DNA of 64,000 nucleotides from an uncultured Pseudomonadota bacterium (lineage in GTDB: Bacteria > Oederibacteriota > Muellerivitia > Muellerivitales > Muellerivitaceae), in the NCBI GenBank assembly GCA_963770835.1, contig CAVYRH010000026.1:640001-704000 (forward strand). The letters run 5' to 3'. Under the pieces are notes generated by a model. The model worked only from the letters and a program-made list of their open reading frames with translations. It was not told the origin of the DNA and made no database searches. Both the position numbers and the translations under genes were made by a program. Positions 29,636 through 40,069 of this stretch are shown one piece after another; within the stretch, counting starts at the first letter, position 1; each line of letters starts with the position of its first letter.

Positions 29636-30700
29636 TCATGTGGCGTTCCTGTAGTAGAAGTTGAGAAGGCCGCCTAAGCGTTGGCGGCGTTGGACTTTAC
29701 CTTTGGGACTGCCTCTTGACAGTTCCGGGGCTGGGAAAGGGATGGCTTTTAGGCCTTGGTGGGGCCTCTCGGTGTGGAAATGGGCAATATATTCCCTCAA
29801 GGCGTTGCGAAGCATGGGTTCACCCATGATGATGAGGCCGGAAAGGCACTCCTCCTTAACCGACCTCACCCACCGCTCGGCATAGGCGTTGAGGTTGGGG
29901 CTCCGGAAGGGGAGCATGAGGGTTTTGATCCCCTCGTTTTGGAGGATTCGCCGGAAGGCAGGGCAGAATTGGCCGCCCCTGTCGTGCAAGAGGATATCGC
30001 CCTTTTTGAGGAATCCCCATTCGGGCATGGTGAGGTTCTTGGCGATTTGGACCATCCAGCGCATGTCGGGGTTTGTGGTGATGCCCGCCAGGTGGACTTC
30101 GCGGGTCTTTTGGCGGATGAAGAACAAGACGTAGTAAGTGACAAGGCCGAAAGGGGTGAGGACTTCCCAAGTGAAGAAGTCGGTCCCAACCAGGGCTTCC
30201 CAATGGGTCTTGGTGAATTCGGCCCAGGACATGCCTTTTTTTCTTTCGGGCGAGGGAGTGAGGCCGTTTCGTTCCAGGATGTTTTTGACGGTATTTCGGC
30301 AGACGGTGAACCCGTTTTCTTTCAGGGTGTCCCGGAGGCGGGTGAAACCCCAGCCCTTGTTTTCTTGGGCCCATTGGACGATGAAGTTTTCGATTTGGGC
30401 CTTGGTTTTGGGCCTTCCGGGGCCCCGGTTCTCGGAATAGTCCCATTTGGCCCGGACGGCTTCCCGGTACCAGCGAAAGAGGGTGTCGGGTGTGGCCAGG
30501 GTGGTAATTCCTTTCAAGGCTTTCCGGCCCAAGGCCTTGGCGGCTCGGGCAATTCTGGCTTTTTGGGCTTGGGTGAAGCGTAATTTGCCGGGTAACTGGG
30601 AGCGTAGGGCGTCCAGTTGGGATTCGTAGATTTCGATAAGCTTTCGGCGGTCAGGGTCAAGCAGTGCGCATAAAAGCACCAGGAAGAGAGAGAAGTTCAT
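29636..30700 (-). CDS. DDE integrase-core (rve) transposase
   Basis: TPDTLFRWYR, GPGRP, WGFTRL HTH, DFF, HDRGGQF, SPNLNAYAERWVRSVKEECL, ERPHQGL, RLGGLL. Confidence 0.9.
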   Translation of the reverse strand: MNFSLFLVLLCALLDPDRRKLIEIYESQLDALRSQLPGKLRFTQAQKARIARAAKALGRKALKGITTLATPDTLFRWYREAVRAKWDYSENRGPGRPKTKAQIENFIVQWAQENKGWGFTRLRDTLKENGFTVCRNTVKNILERNGLTPSPERKKGMSWAEFTKTHWEALVGTDFFTWEVLTPFGLVTYYVLFFIRQKTREVHLAGITTNPDMRWMVQIAKNLTMPEWGFLKKGDILLHDRGGQFCPAFRRILQNEGIKTLMLPFRSPNLNAYAERWVRSVKEECLSGLIIMGEPMLRNALREYIAHFHTERPHQGLKAIPFPAPELSRGSPKGKVQRRQRLGGLLNFYYRNAT

Positions 30701-30731
30701 CTTGTCGTTCCTTTAATTGAGGGAAATATCT

Positions 30732-30755
30732 GGGGTCGGAGCAGCTTAAAGCTTA
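30732..30755 (+). repeat. Variant Y1-element end site
   Basis: GGGGTCGG-AG-CAGCTTA-AAGCTTA has the same 8+2+7+7 layout as the transposase ends; intergenic. Confidence 0.45.
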
Positions 30756-30804
30756 CGCTCAAGGACACGATGAAACCGATGGCGTTTTACCGCTGAATGA
30801 GGAG

Positions 30805-31149
30805 GTGGTTATGAAAAAGTTAAAGTTGGTTCTATCGTTGATGGTGGCCCAAGGCGCGGCCTTCGCCGCACCCCAACCCACCCCCGTGTCGGGCCATTTC
30901 ATCGCCAAAACCCCCATGGACAAGCTGACCATCCGCCTTCGGCAACAGAATATCCAAATCGAACGGGAAACGAAGACGGAGAAGCTGACCAAGGCCCAGG
31001 CCAAGACCCTCAAGGGCCAAGTGGAGGCGATCCGCAAAGCTGAAATCACCGACCTCAAAGCGAACAACTCTAAAACCCTCACTGATGCCCAGGTCGCCGC
31101 TTTGAACGAACAGCTTAATACCATCTCCAAGTCCATCCCCATTAAGTAA
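30805..31149 (+). CDS. Small secreted helical protein
   Basis: GAGGAGG RBS; signal peptide ending AFA. Confidence 0.7.
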   Translation: MVMKKLKLVLSLMVAQGAAFAAPQPTPVSGHFIAKTPMDKLTIRLRQQNIQIERETKTEKLTKAQAKTLKGQVEAIRKAEITDLKANNSKTLTDAQVAALNEQLNTISKSIPIK

Positions 31150-31222
31150 GCGGAGTCTCGTTAAATTTCTTTGTGTTAAAATTGCCCAAGGAAATTAATT
31201 TATTTTATTTAAGGGAGGCTTT

Positions 31223-31522
31223 ATGAAATGCGCCAAATGCAAAGAGGAAGCGCCGCTTTATCCCGTGACGTTCCGGCAGAACATCGGCCTCATCATCATG
31301 CACATCTATAAAAGCTATAGCGGGGCCTTTTGCAAAAAATGCGCGAACTCCACTTTCTGGTCCACGTTCTTCACCAACCTTTTCCTGGGCTGGTGGGGGA
31401 TCAAATCCTTCTTCTACACTTTTTATTACATGGTCACGAACATCGCGCTGTTCATCAAGTTGGGGAACATGGAACCCATCGCTGAAAGTTCCGCTTCGCC
31501 TTCCCCGCTCGTCCGGGAATAA
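31223..31522 (+). CDS. Small membrane protein with two CxxC motifs
   Basis: CAKC...FCKKC then TNLFLGWWGI; GGAGG RBS. Confidence 0.7.
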   Translation: MKCAKCKEEAPLYPVTFRQNIGLIIMHIYKSYSGAFCKKCANSTFWSTFFTNLFLGWWGIKSFFYTFYYMVTNIALFIKLGNMEPIAESSASPSPLVRE

Positions 31523-31543
31523 AAAACCCCGCGGCGCCCCTCG

Positions 31544-31589
31544 TTGACAAGCCTCCAAAAGAGTACTACATTGTATATACATCGTACTC
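31544..31589 (+). promoter_or_regulatory. Sigma-70 promoter and operator of the toxin-antitoxin operon
   Basis: TTGACA-17 bp-TACATT, overlapped by palindromes TGTATATACA (31572-31581) and GAGTAC...GTACTC. Confidence 0.65.
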
Positions 31590-31601
31590 ACGGAGGAAAC
31601 C

Positions 31602-31829
31602 ATGATCAAGAAACTCAGCAAGCACGGCAACAGCTACGCCCTGGTGATCGACCGCAGCATCATGGACCTGTTGAACATCAATGAAAAGTCAGCCCTTTAC
31701 GTGACCACCGACGGGCGAAACCTGGTCATCTCCCCCGCCGAAGACCGCAACAAGAGGACTAAGTTCGAGGATGCGGTGGCGAAGTCTTTCAAGAAATTCC
31801 CGCGCATGTACAAAAAATTGGCGGGGTAA
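31602..31829 (+). CDS. AbrB/MazE-family antitoxin
   Basis: KLSKHGNSYALVIDR swapped-hairpin motif; abuts the Doc gene. Confidence 0.88.
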   Translation: MIKKLSKHGNSYALVIDRSIMDLLNINEKSALYVTTDGRNLVISPAEDRNKRTKFEDAVAKSFKKFPRMYKKLAG

Positions 31830-32234
31830 ATGGAAAGCCCCGTTTTTTTAACCTTGGAGCAAGTCCTTTACATCCACAACGAGCAAATTCGCCGCTTGGG
31901 GGGAAGCGCCGGCATCCGGGATCAAGGCCTCTTGGAATCGGCCCTGGCGATGCCGCAGGCGCAGTTTGGCGGGCAATTTCTTCACCACGACCTGTTTGAG
32001 ATGGCCGCGGCTTACCTTTACCACATCGCCATGAACCATCCTTTTATCGACGGAAACAAAAGGGTGGGGGCTATGGCGGCCGACGTTTTTTTGGAATTGA
32101 ACGGTTTTACCCTGCCGGCCGCTAAAGAATCCCTTTTTGAGAAGTTGGTTTTAGAAGTAGCCCAAGGAAAGGTAGAAAAAGGGGAAGTCGCGGTCTTTCT
32201 AAGGAAGAACTCTAAAAAAACCAGCCGACCTTAA
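31830..32234 (+). CDS. doc: Doc-family (Fic-fold) toxin
   Basis: GIRDQGLLESAL, NHPFIDGNKR. Confidence 0.93.
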   Translation: MESPVFLTLEQVLYIHNEQIRRLGGSAGIRDQGLLESALAMPQAQFGGQFLHHDLFEMAAAYLYHIAMNHPFIDGNKRVGAMAADVFLELNGFTLPAAKESLFEKLVLEVAQGKVEKGEVAVFLRKNSKKTSRP

Positions 32235-32260
32235 TCGAAACCAATTCTTTGTTTGGAAAG

Positions 32261-33556
32261 TCAGCCCGGCTCCCGGGAACGGAAACCCTGATGATCCGCT
32301 TCCACTTGAGCGGCATAAGCAAGGGAGGCTTCCGCCAACTGCTTCCGGAAGGCCTTTTTATCGGCTTTGATGGCCTCGAAAGCGGCCTTCGCGAAGGAAT
32401 TCTTGGCGCGGGAATGGGCCCGGGCCAGGATGGCCCCCAATTGGATGGCAGCGCCGTCGTCGAGCATGGCACCGGGAAGGGAGGACTCGAAGGGGGATTT
32501 CTCGCGCACCAGGTATTCCCCGTCCTTCAGTTCCAAGCGCCCCAGCCAGGGGTCGGGGTCGCGGGCCAGCGCCCGGCAGCCAAGCTCCACGCGAAGAACC
32601 TGGCTGTCCCCACAGAGCTCGCGGGTTTTGCGGCGGGCTTTCTTCGGAAGGTCATCCCAGGCCGCGGGTTCCACTTCCCGCTTCACCTCCAATATCCGGT
32701 AAGGGTTTTCCCCCTCTTCTTTTATCCGGACCAGGGCCCAATAGCACGCAAGGATTCCCCCGGCCAAATCCGGGTTGATGCACCGGGCGAGATCCACCAC
32801 TTCGAAGAGACGGGGCTTGGGACCGGGCCAAGGTTTCAGGTCCCCGGCGTACCAAAGCAGGGCCTTTTCCAGCTTCTTGGAGGCTTCCTTGGGAAGCGCC
32901 TCCAAGTCCTTGCTGCCGGAGGTTTTCAACCGCAATCCCGGCTTGCCGGCCTTGGCCCAGCGCTCCAGCATTGGGGGGTAACCGTGGGTCTTGCGGACAT
33001 TGGACAGGAAATGCCTTAGGGAACCGGAAGCCTGCTCCTCGTCCCAGGGGCTGTAACGGACGTTCTCGTACCACCGGCAGCTTTTGATTTCCCGCCAATA
33101 GGACCGGGCGCATTCCAAAACCATGCGGTAGACGGCCTTTGGCCCCTGTTGGTTTTCCCGCGCCGCCAGGGCCAGGCTAACCTCCAAGCGCAGGAGGTCG
33201 AACTGGTAATCCGCCACAACGCATTCGTCGAAGCTGCCCAGGTCGAAGACCAGCCGGCCCGAGGCGTCGGTGAAGCTCGTGAAACGGCCCCAAAGGGGGT
33301 TTCCGTTGATCCAAAGGCGGGTTTTCTTGTCCCCGCCGAAGGAATCTAAAAGAGGGGACTTGGCGAAATCGGACCAAAAGAGGTGGCTGGCGTACTGGAA
33401 AAAGGAATAAGGGGATTGGGCCATCAGCGCCCATTTAGTCTTCCGGGTATTCGGGTCTAGTTTGCGGTCGTAACGCCCGATCCGGTCCCTGACCCAGGAA
33501 GGGCGGGGGCGGGCGGGAGTGGGGGAGCCGTCGGCGTTGAGGGTGAAGGGTTCCAC
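32261..33556 (-). CDS. DUF2252-family kinase-like protein, divergent
   Basis: K..LMAQSPYSFF, LVFDL..FDE, FDL.RL..SL, ILEVK, YLVRE.SP, G.ILARAH.R. Confidence 0.7.
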   Translation of the reverse strand: MEPFTLNADGSPTPARPRPSWVRDRIGRYDRKLDPNTRKTKWALMAQSPYSFFQYASHLFWSDFAKSPLLDSFGGDKKTRLWINGNPLWGRFTSFTDASGRLVFDLGSFDECVVADYQFDLLRLEVSLALAARENQQGPKAVYRMVLECARSYWREIKSCRWYENVRYSPWDEEQASGSLRHFLSNVRKTHGYPPMLERWAKAGKPGLRLKTSGSKDLEALPKEASKKLEKALLWYAGDLKPWPGPKPRLFEVVDLARCINPDLAGGILACYWALVRIKEEGENPYRILEVKREVEPAAWDDLPKKARRKTRELCGDSQVLRVELGCRALARDPDPWLGRLELKDGEYLVREKSPFESSLPGAMLDDGAAIQLGAILARAHSRAKNSFAKAAFEAIKADKKAFRKQLAEASLAYAAQVEADHQGFRSREPG

Positions 33557-33646
33557 GGAGGCATTCTACAACGGCGGGACGGAAAGGGGTTCCGGCGCAA
33601 TGCTAAAGAATTGTAAAATAACCCGTCCAACCAACAAAACCTTAAG

Positions 33647-33735
33647 TTTCACCACAGAGGCACAGGGACACAGCTAAAAAAACAACAAGCTAATGATTTT
33701 CTGCTTAACTGTGCCTCCGTGTCTCTGTGGTTAAA
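33647..33735. repeat. REP-like imperfect inverted repeat of the same style as 6424-6536
   Basis: TTTCACCACAGAGGCACAGGGACACAG ... CTGTGCCTCCGTGTCTCTGTGGTTAAA around an AT-rich spacer. Confidence 0.75.
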
Positions 33736-33774
33736 AGAGGTTTTGTTAGAAACTTAAACTCCAAGGAATAGACC

Positions 33775-34404
33775 GTGAAAAAACTCATCAAGGGCATCAT
33801 CCAGTTCCACGAAACCAAGCGGAAGGGATACGAGGAAGCCTTCAGCAAGCTGGCCTTGGGCCAGAAACCGGACGCCCTTTTCATCGGCTGCTCGGACAGC
33901 CGGGTGGCCGTCAACGTCTTCGCCTCCACCGACCCGGGGGACCTCTTCGTCGTGCGCAACGTCGGGAACCTGGTGCCCCCCTTCGGCCAACCGGGCGGCA
34001 CGGGGACGGCCGCGGCGGTGGATTTCGCGGTGGACAAACTGAACGTCGCCGACATCATCGTCTGCGGCCACAGCGACTGCGGGGCCATGCACGCCCATTG
34101 CCAGGGGCAGGCAGCCCTCCCGGAGGGGTCGTTAAAGGCCTGGCTGGAAATGGGAGCCGGGCCCGAAGCCAAGGGCCTGGACGTCAACGAAGCCTCGCGC
34201 CGCAACGTGGCCGCCCAATTGGAACATTTGAAGGGCTACCCCGCCGTGGAGCGCGCCATACGGGAGCGCGGCCTGGGCCTGCACGGCCTTTGGTTCGACA
34301 TCCGGCACTTGGAAGTCCTCTACTATGAGGCGGCGGGCCGGTGGACCGTGTTGGACGAGAAACATGGGGAACGCATCCTGGGCTTCCTGGAGAAGCGCAA
34401 GTGA
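33775..34404 (+). CDS. Beta-class carbonic anhydrase
   Basis: GQKP, FIGCSDSRV, PGDLFVVRNVGN, VCGHSDCGAM zinc ligands. Confidence 0.95.
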   Translation: MKKLIKGIIQFHETKRKGYEEAFSKLALGQKPDALFIGCSDSRVAVNVFASTDPGDLFVVRNVGNLVPPFGQPGGTGTAAAVDFAVDKLNVADIIVCGHSDCGAMHAHCQGQAALPEGSLKAWLEMGAGPEAKGLDVNEASRRNVAAQLEHLKGYPAVERAIRERGLGLHGLWFDIRHLEVLYYEAAGRWTVLDEKHGERILGFLEKRK

Positions 34405-34476
34405 AAGCCGGAAGCTGAGAAAACGTAAAAAAATTTCACCACAATGAAACGAAGACACAGCTAAGAAATCACATAA

Positions 34477-34628
34477 GGGCACCTCTAAAAATAAAACTAA
34501 CGGCACCCCTCACCCTAACCCTCTCCCCCAAGGGGCGAGGGGAATGTGGAATTCGCTCATCTTTTGCGCCCTCTCCCTTGAGGGGAGAGGGCGGGGTGAG
34601 GGTGAAGTATGAATTATTAGAGGTGCCC
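34477..34628. mobile_element. 152-bp MITE with 16-bp terminal inverted repeats and a 4-bp ATAA target duplication
   Basis: GGGCACCTCTAAAAAT (34477-34492) and ATTATTAGAGGTGCCC (34613-34628), 15 of 16 matching; ATAA at 34473-34476 and 34629-34632. Confidence 0.8.
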
Positions 34629-34850
34629 ATAAGATTTAATAACCGTTTCCCTGTGCCCTGTGGTAAATGGTTTTTTTAATAAGCTCTAATCCAGGTTCCT
34701 ATCCGAAATCTTCGGAAAATCCTGAAACTTTTTTAGTTCGTTCCAGCCCTCCTTGATTTCATTCTTCAACGGGTCCTCTTCCTGGCTTATGCTGGACGCT
34801 GATTCCACTGGAATAATTTCCGTTTGCATTTTTCCCGCAAAGGACCGAAC

Positions 34851-37774
34851 GTGAAGAAATCTTCCTTGTTTTCCGCGCTGCTATTTTGGACGGCCATTTT
34901 CCTGGGGGCGGGGACAAATGCCCTGGCCGAAAGCGCTCCGCCCCGGGAGCACCTTTTGATGGACTTCGGATGGCGGTTCGCGCTAGGGAGCGCCAGTGAC
35001 CCCGACAAGGATTTCGGGTTCGGGAAGGCCTATTTTTCCACCTTTGCCAAGAACGGCCTGGCCGACGGGCCTGCGGCGCCGGGGTTCGACGACCGGTCTT
35101 GGCGTGTCCTCAACCTTCCCCACGACTGGGCGGTCGAGCTTCCTTTTGACGAAAAGGGAAGTTTCAGCCACGGCTACAAGGCCCTGGGCCGGGCCTTTCC
35201 CCAGAACAGTGTGGGCTGGTACCGCAAAACCTTCTTCATCCCCAAGGAAGACCAGGGAAAGCGGGAGAGCCTGGAGTTCGACGGGGTATTCCGCGACTCC
35301 ATGGTCTGGGTCAACGGCTTTTACCTGGGGCGGGAACAAAGCGGCTACAACAACTTCCGCTACGACATCACCGACTACCTCATTTACGGCGCCAACAACA
35401 CGGTGGCGGTGCGAGTGGACGCCACCCAAGAAGAGGGATGGTTCTATGAGGGGGCGGGAATCTACCGGCACGTTTGGCTGACCAAGACCGCCCCCCTTCA
35501 CGTGGACTATAGCGGGGTTTTCGTAACCTCCAGTCTGGGGAAAGGCACGGCGGAAGTTACCGCCACAACGACCCTGGTGAATGAAAACCCAAGGGCCGGG
35601 CAGCTTTCCAAATCGAGCAAACCATCGAGGACGGGAACGGCAAGACTGTTGCCAAAGGCGGTTTGGTGGGCCAGCCCCTGGCTGCGGGGGTTTCCCAAAG
35701 CTATGTGGTGAAGATAAGGGTCGCCCATCCCCAATTATGGTCCCCGGAAAACCCCAACCTTTACAAACTAGTGACTACTGTTAAGTCCGGCCGGGCGGTC
35801 ATTGACCAAGTGGAAACAACTTTTGGCATCCGCACGATGGCTTTCGACCCCAACAAAGGCTTCTTCCTGAACGGAAAGCACATGGAACTCAAGGGTACCA
35901 GCAACCACCAGGACTTCGCCGGAGTGGGGGTGGCCCTGCCCGACGCCCTGCAGGATTACCGCATCCGCCGGTTGAAATCCTTCGGGTGCAACGCCTACCG
36001 CTCGGCCCATAACCCGCCCACGCCGGAACTTTTGGACGCCTGCGACCGGCTGGGGATGCTGGTCCTCTCCGAGAACCGCCTGATGGGGACCAGCCCGGAG
36101 CTCTTGGACCGCTTCAAGCGGCAAATCCTCCAAGAACGCAACCATCCTTGCATCTTCGCCTGGTCCCTGGGCAACGAGGAATGGGGCATGGAAGGCAACG
36201 ACCGGGGCGCCCAGATCGCGGCCTCCCTGCAGGCCTTCGTGAAGCGCCTGGACCCCACCCGATTCGTGACGGCGGCCGTTTCCGGGGGCTGGGGCGACGG
36301 CACCTCGAAGTCCCTCGAGGTCATGGGGTTCAATTACCTCGTCCACGGCGATGTCGACGACTACCACGCGAAGAACCCCAACCAGCCCAGCTTCGCCACC
36401 GAAGAGTCCGACACCCACCAGTCGCGGGGCGTCTATGACGGGACGGTTTACGGGCGTGAGGGTCCCACCGACCGGAAGGACATGAAGGACGGGATCGAGA
36501 GCGTCTGGAAGTACTACGTCCAAAGGCCCTTCCTGGGCGGGCTCTTCCTCTGGACGGGTTTCGACTACCGGGGCGAGGAGAACCCTTTCCATTATCCCGC
36601 CATCGCCTCCCAGTACGGGGTGTTGGACCTTTGCGGGTTTCACAAGGATTGCGCGGATTACCTGGCGTGCTGGTGGAAAAGCGAGCCCGCCCTCTTCCTG
36701 ACCCCCCATTGGAACTGGAAAGGGAAGGAGGGCCAGGTGGTCAAGGTGTGGGCTTTTAGCAATAGCAAGGAAGTCGAGCTTTTCCTGAATGAAAAGAGCT
36801 TGGGGAAAAAGGCCATGTCGGTCGATTCCCACTTGGAGTGGGATGTGCCCTATGAACCCGGCACCCTGTCGGCTAAAGGATACAAGGATGGAAAGGTCGC
36901 GGTAGAAGCAAAGGAAGAAACCACAGGTGACCCGGTTTCAGTGGCCCTGGCTGCCGACCGTGAAACGATCAAGGCGGATGGCGAAGATGTTTCGGTAGTG
37001 ACGGTCGAGGCCCAGGACGCACAGGGAAGGCCGGTGCCGACCGCTGCCAATGAAATCCAGTTCTCCTTGGAGGGGCCGGGCCGGATCATCGGGGTGGGAA
37101 ACGGGGACCCCATTTGCCATGAGCCGGACAGGTATTTCGAGACCGTTTCCCAGGTCGCCATCACGGAGCTGAAAATGAAGGATGGCGGGGCCTTGGGGGA
37201 CCGCCCGGAGGTTATGCCCGGTGAGGACGATTCCCATTGGCCAGCCCTTTTCAGCGGGCGCCCGGACGACCAGGGTATGGCCTCAACGGAAGAACCCCAA
37301 AATCGGGTGGTACGGGGAAGCTTCGACCTGCCCCAATTGACGGATTATTCCGAGATCGTCCTCTATCCCAAGGCACTCGTGGATGCCCAAGCGGTTTTCG
37401 TGAACGGCCACTTGGTGGCGGACAAGATCGGCCGGGACGACGCCGTGAAGGGTTATACCCTTTCCAAGGACATCCTCAAGACAGGGAATAACACCTACGC
37501 GGTGGTGGGCAAGGAGCTTTTGAGGCGCAAGAAGTGGGAGGACCTCAACATGGACCCCGGCGCCATCCGCACCGTTATCCCCGCAGGGGAATGGAAGCGC
37601 AGCCTTTTTTCCGGCTTGGCCCAGGTGATCGTGCAGTCCGGCCGCAAACCCGGGACCCTGCTTCTTAAAGCCGAATCAAAGGGCCTGGAACCGGCGGTTC
37701 TCACGATTGAATCAAAGGAAACCCCGTTAGGGCCCGCAGTGCCGGACGAAGTCCCCGCCGAAATCGGACAATAA
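34851..37774 (+). CDS. Secreted GH2 beta-galactosidase-like glycoside hydrolase, split by one frameshift near 35585-35606
   Basis: First frame: LPHDW, GWYRKTF, LEFDGVF, WFYEGAGIYRHVWL. Second frame: LWSPENPNLY, FGIR, GFFLNG, NAYRSAHNPP, RNHP...WSLGNE, WTGFDYRGE. Confidence 0.9.
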
Positions 37775-37971
37775 TTAAACATTATTTGAAAATTCCGCGA
37801 AAAATCAAATTTCAGTATTGACAGCCCTCAATGGCTTGCATAAACAATCCAAATCAGCTTCATCACTTATTGGGGGGTCCTTATGCGCCGATTTTCATTT
37901 TGGGAAATGGAATATCGAAATCGGTGCGGTACCGGCTTCCTCGGATGAATTCAAACTTAAGGAGGGCCCGT

Positions 37972-39848
37972 ATGGCACCCGTCGCTAATCCCCCTGTCGT
38001 CCTGATGATCCCCGTTGGCGATTTAATCATCCCGGAATTGAACCCCCGGAAGACCGTGAAAGAGGGGCCCCTGCTGGACCTCATGGCCCATATCCAGGCC
38101 GGGGGCCATGTGGACCGAATCCAGGTTTGGGGAGGGGACGGCAAGTCCGTCATCTCAGGCCAAAGGCGCCTATTGGCCTACCGGCGGCTGGGCAAGACCC
38201 ACATCGAGGCGGAGATCCTGGATATCTCCCTTGAGGAAGCCCGGAAAAAGGCCAATACCTCCAACCAGGGAGAGCCGCTTTATTGGCTGGAACAGTACAT
38301 AGGCTGGGAACCCGACCTGGCCCCGGGCTTGGGGCTAACGGATGAGCAGGCTGCGGCCGCCGTAGGGACGAATGCCGACTGGATTGGAAGAGCTCGAAAG
38401 CTTTTATCGGTGCTGAGTCCCATCTCCCGGAGGTTGATCCAGCAAAAATTGGAAGAAAGTCCCGCTAATGACGATGCGAAAAATAAGGGGAATAATGATG
38501 TTTCCGAACAGTTCGGAAACATCAAAAAACCCCTTAAAAAACGCATGTCCGAAAATCCTGAAAAATGGGAGCTTTTAGAGAGAACCGCCTTTGAGCTGAC
38601 CGCCTTCTGGAACAAGCGGTCCCTTCAGGACGTCCAGGCCCTGGTGGAGAAGGCCCTGCCGGTCATCCTGTCCCACCAAATGAACGGGCCTCAGGTCAAG
38701 GCGTTGGTCAAGTGGATGTCGGCCGGCAACGCACCGGAAGCGTTTGAGCAGCAACGTCCCCCTTTGAAAAAGGGGGAAGAGAAGGGGGTATTAGCCAGCG
38801 AATTAAAGCCGACCACGGTCCCCAATCCGGAGGCTCCAACCCCACATGCCCAAGTAGCCGCATCAATCGTGGGGAACATCCTCGGGAAACAGATAAAGCA
38901 GGCCCCCGGGCATATGGCCAACCGGGTCATACCCGGGTTTAACCGGATAATCCATGCCTTTACCTGGGTATTCCAGAAAATAGGAGTCAAGAACCTCAAT
39001 TGGGCCACCGTACTGGTGATATTCCTGGCTCTTTTGGTGGGTAGCACCCTTATCAGCTATGGCACCCGCTTCATTGGCCGGGTTTTCCAACACATGGTCT
39101 ATTCGTGGGCTGGAGTGAGCCAGCCTGCGGTGAGCCAGCCAAATTCGTCAAACGGGTCGAATGGTCCGAGTGCCGAAGTCGGGGCGACTTCGGCAAGCCT
39201 TTCGATCCCAACTCAAAACTCAAAACTTAACATTCAAAATTCACAGGGGGTGGGCTGGAAACGGGCCAAACCCCCTGTGGCGGTGCCGCCCGCTTGGGCC
39301 GCGGATGGGGCCGATTTTGCCACGATATCGCGGGCCATTTATTCAATCTGACTCCTGATTCCATAACCGACAATATGGAATGGCTCAAAAACCATATGCC
39401 CAAATCTTATTTTCCCACCGTCCTAAGCCAGTATTACGGGCCGGCCTTTCTCAAACAGATAATGGAGCAAAATCTGGTTTATACCCTCCAGGACACCCAG
39501 GCCGAGTTTCTGCGGATGGAGGGTGGTTCCGGGGTATTCTTGGTGAAGGGCGAACAAAGCAAGAGAGGGGATGGGCAATCCCCCACAAGCCGGCCCGTCG
39601 GCCTGATTATTCAAATCCATTACCACCCGGACTTGAATAGCCTGGTGGAAAAGTTGAGGGTTTTGAGTCCCGGGGAATTAGCGGCCCTAGCCGCGAAGGG
39701 AGCCCCGACCACCGAAGCTTCAGCCAAGGGCGAGGACCCGCTCAAGGCCGTTGGGGATGGGGTTAAGGATGTTCAAAGCGCGGTCAACACGGCCGATGAG
39801 GCCAAATCGGCTGCCGATAAGGCAAAGAGTATTTTGGATTTTCATTAA
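37972..39848 (+). CDS. ParB-like N-terminal domain plus HTH, TM helix and extracytoplasmic domain; frameshift near 39320-39326
   Basis: AAGGAGG RBS before ATG 37972; LNPRK, VISGQRRLLAY..LG; HTH LTDEQAAAAVG; TM WATVLVIFLALLVG; continues in ORF 39294..39848. Confidence 0.7.
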
Positions 39849-39857
39849 GCTTTATCG

Positions 39858-40014
39858 GGAAGGGGTATCGTAGGGTGGGCCTACGGACGCCTTGCGCCTG
39901 GTGTTGCCTTTGGAAGGGGTAACATAGGGGTCATTTCCCCTATGAGCGCTGTTAGCTGAGGGGATCCGGGGGAACAAGGGGGTATTTCCCCTATGAAGCG
40001 CTCTTTGCTGAGGG
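39858..40014. repeat. Degenerate tandem units of about 52-54 bp, each containing a palindrome
   Basis: GGAAGGGGTA at 39858 and 39912; ATTTCCCCTATGA..CGCT...GCTGAGGG twice; hairpins CGTAGG/CCTACG and CATAGGGG/CCCCTATG. Confidence 0.6.
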
Positions 40015-40069
40015 CTAGAGGGCAGGGGGAAAGGTTTAGAATCAGAATGCTTCAAGAGGGCTTGACGTG

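Noticed and set aside
35580..35610. Programmed -1 ribosomal frameshift in the GH2 gene
   Set aside because: No canonical in-frame X XXY YYZ heptamer and no evident use for the short product; an error or mutation is simpler.
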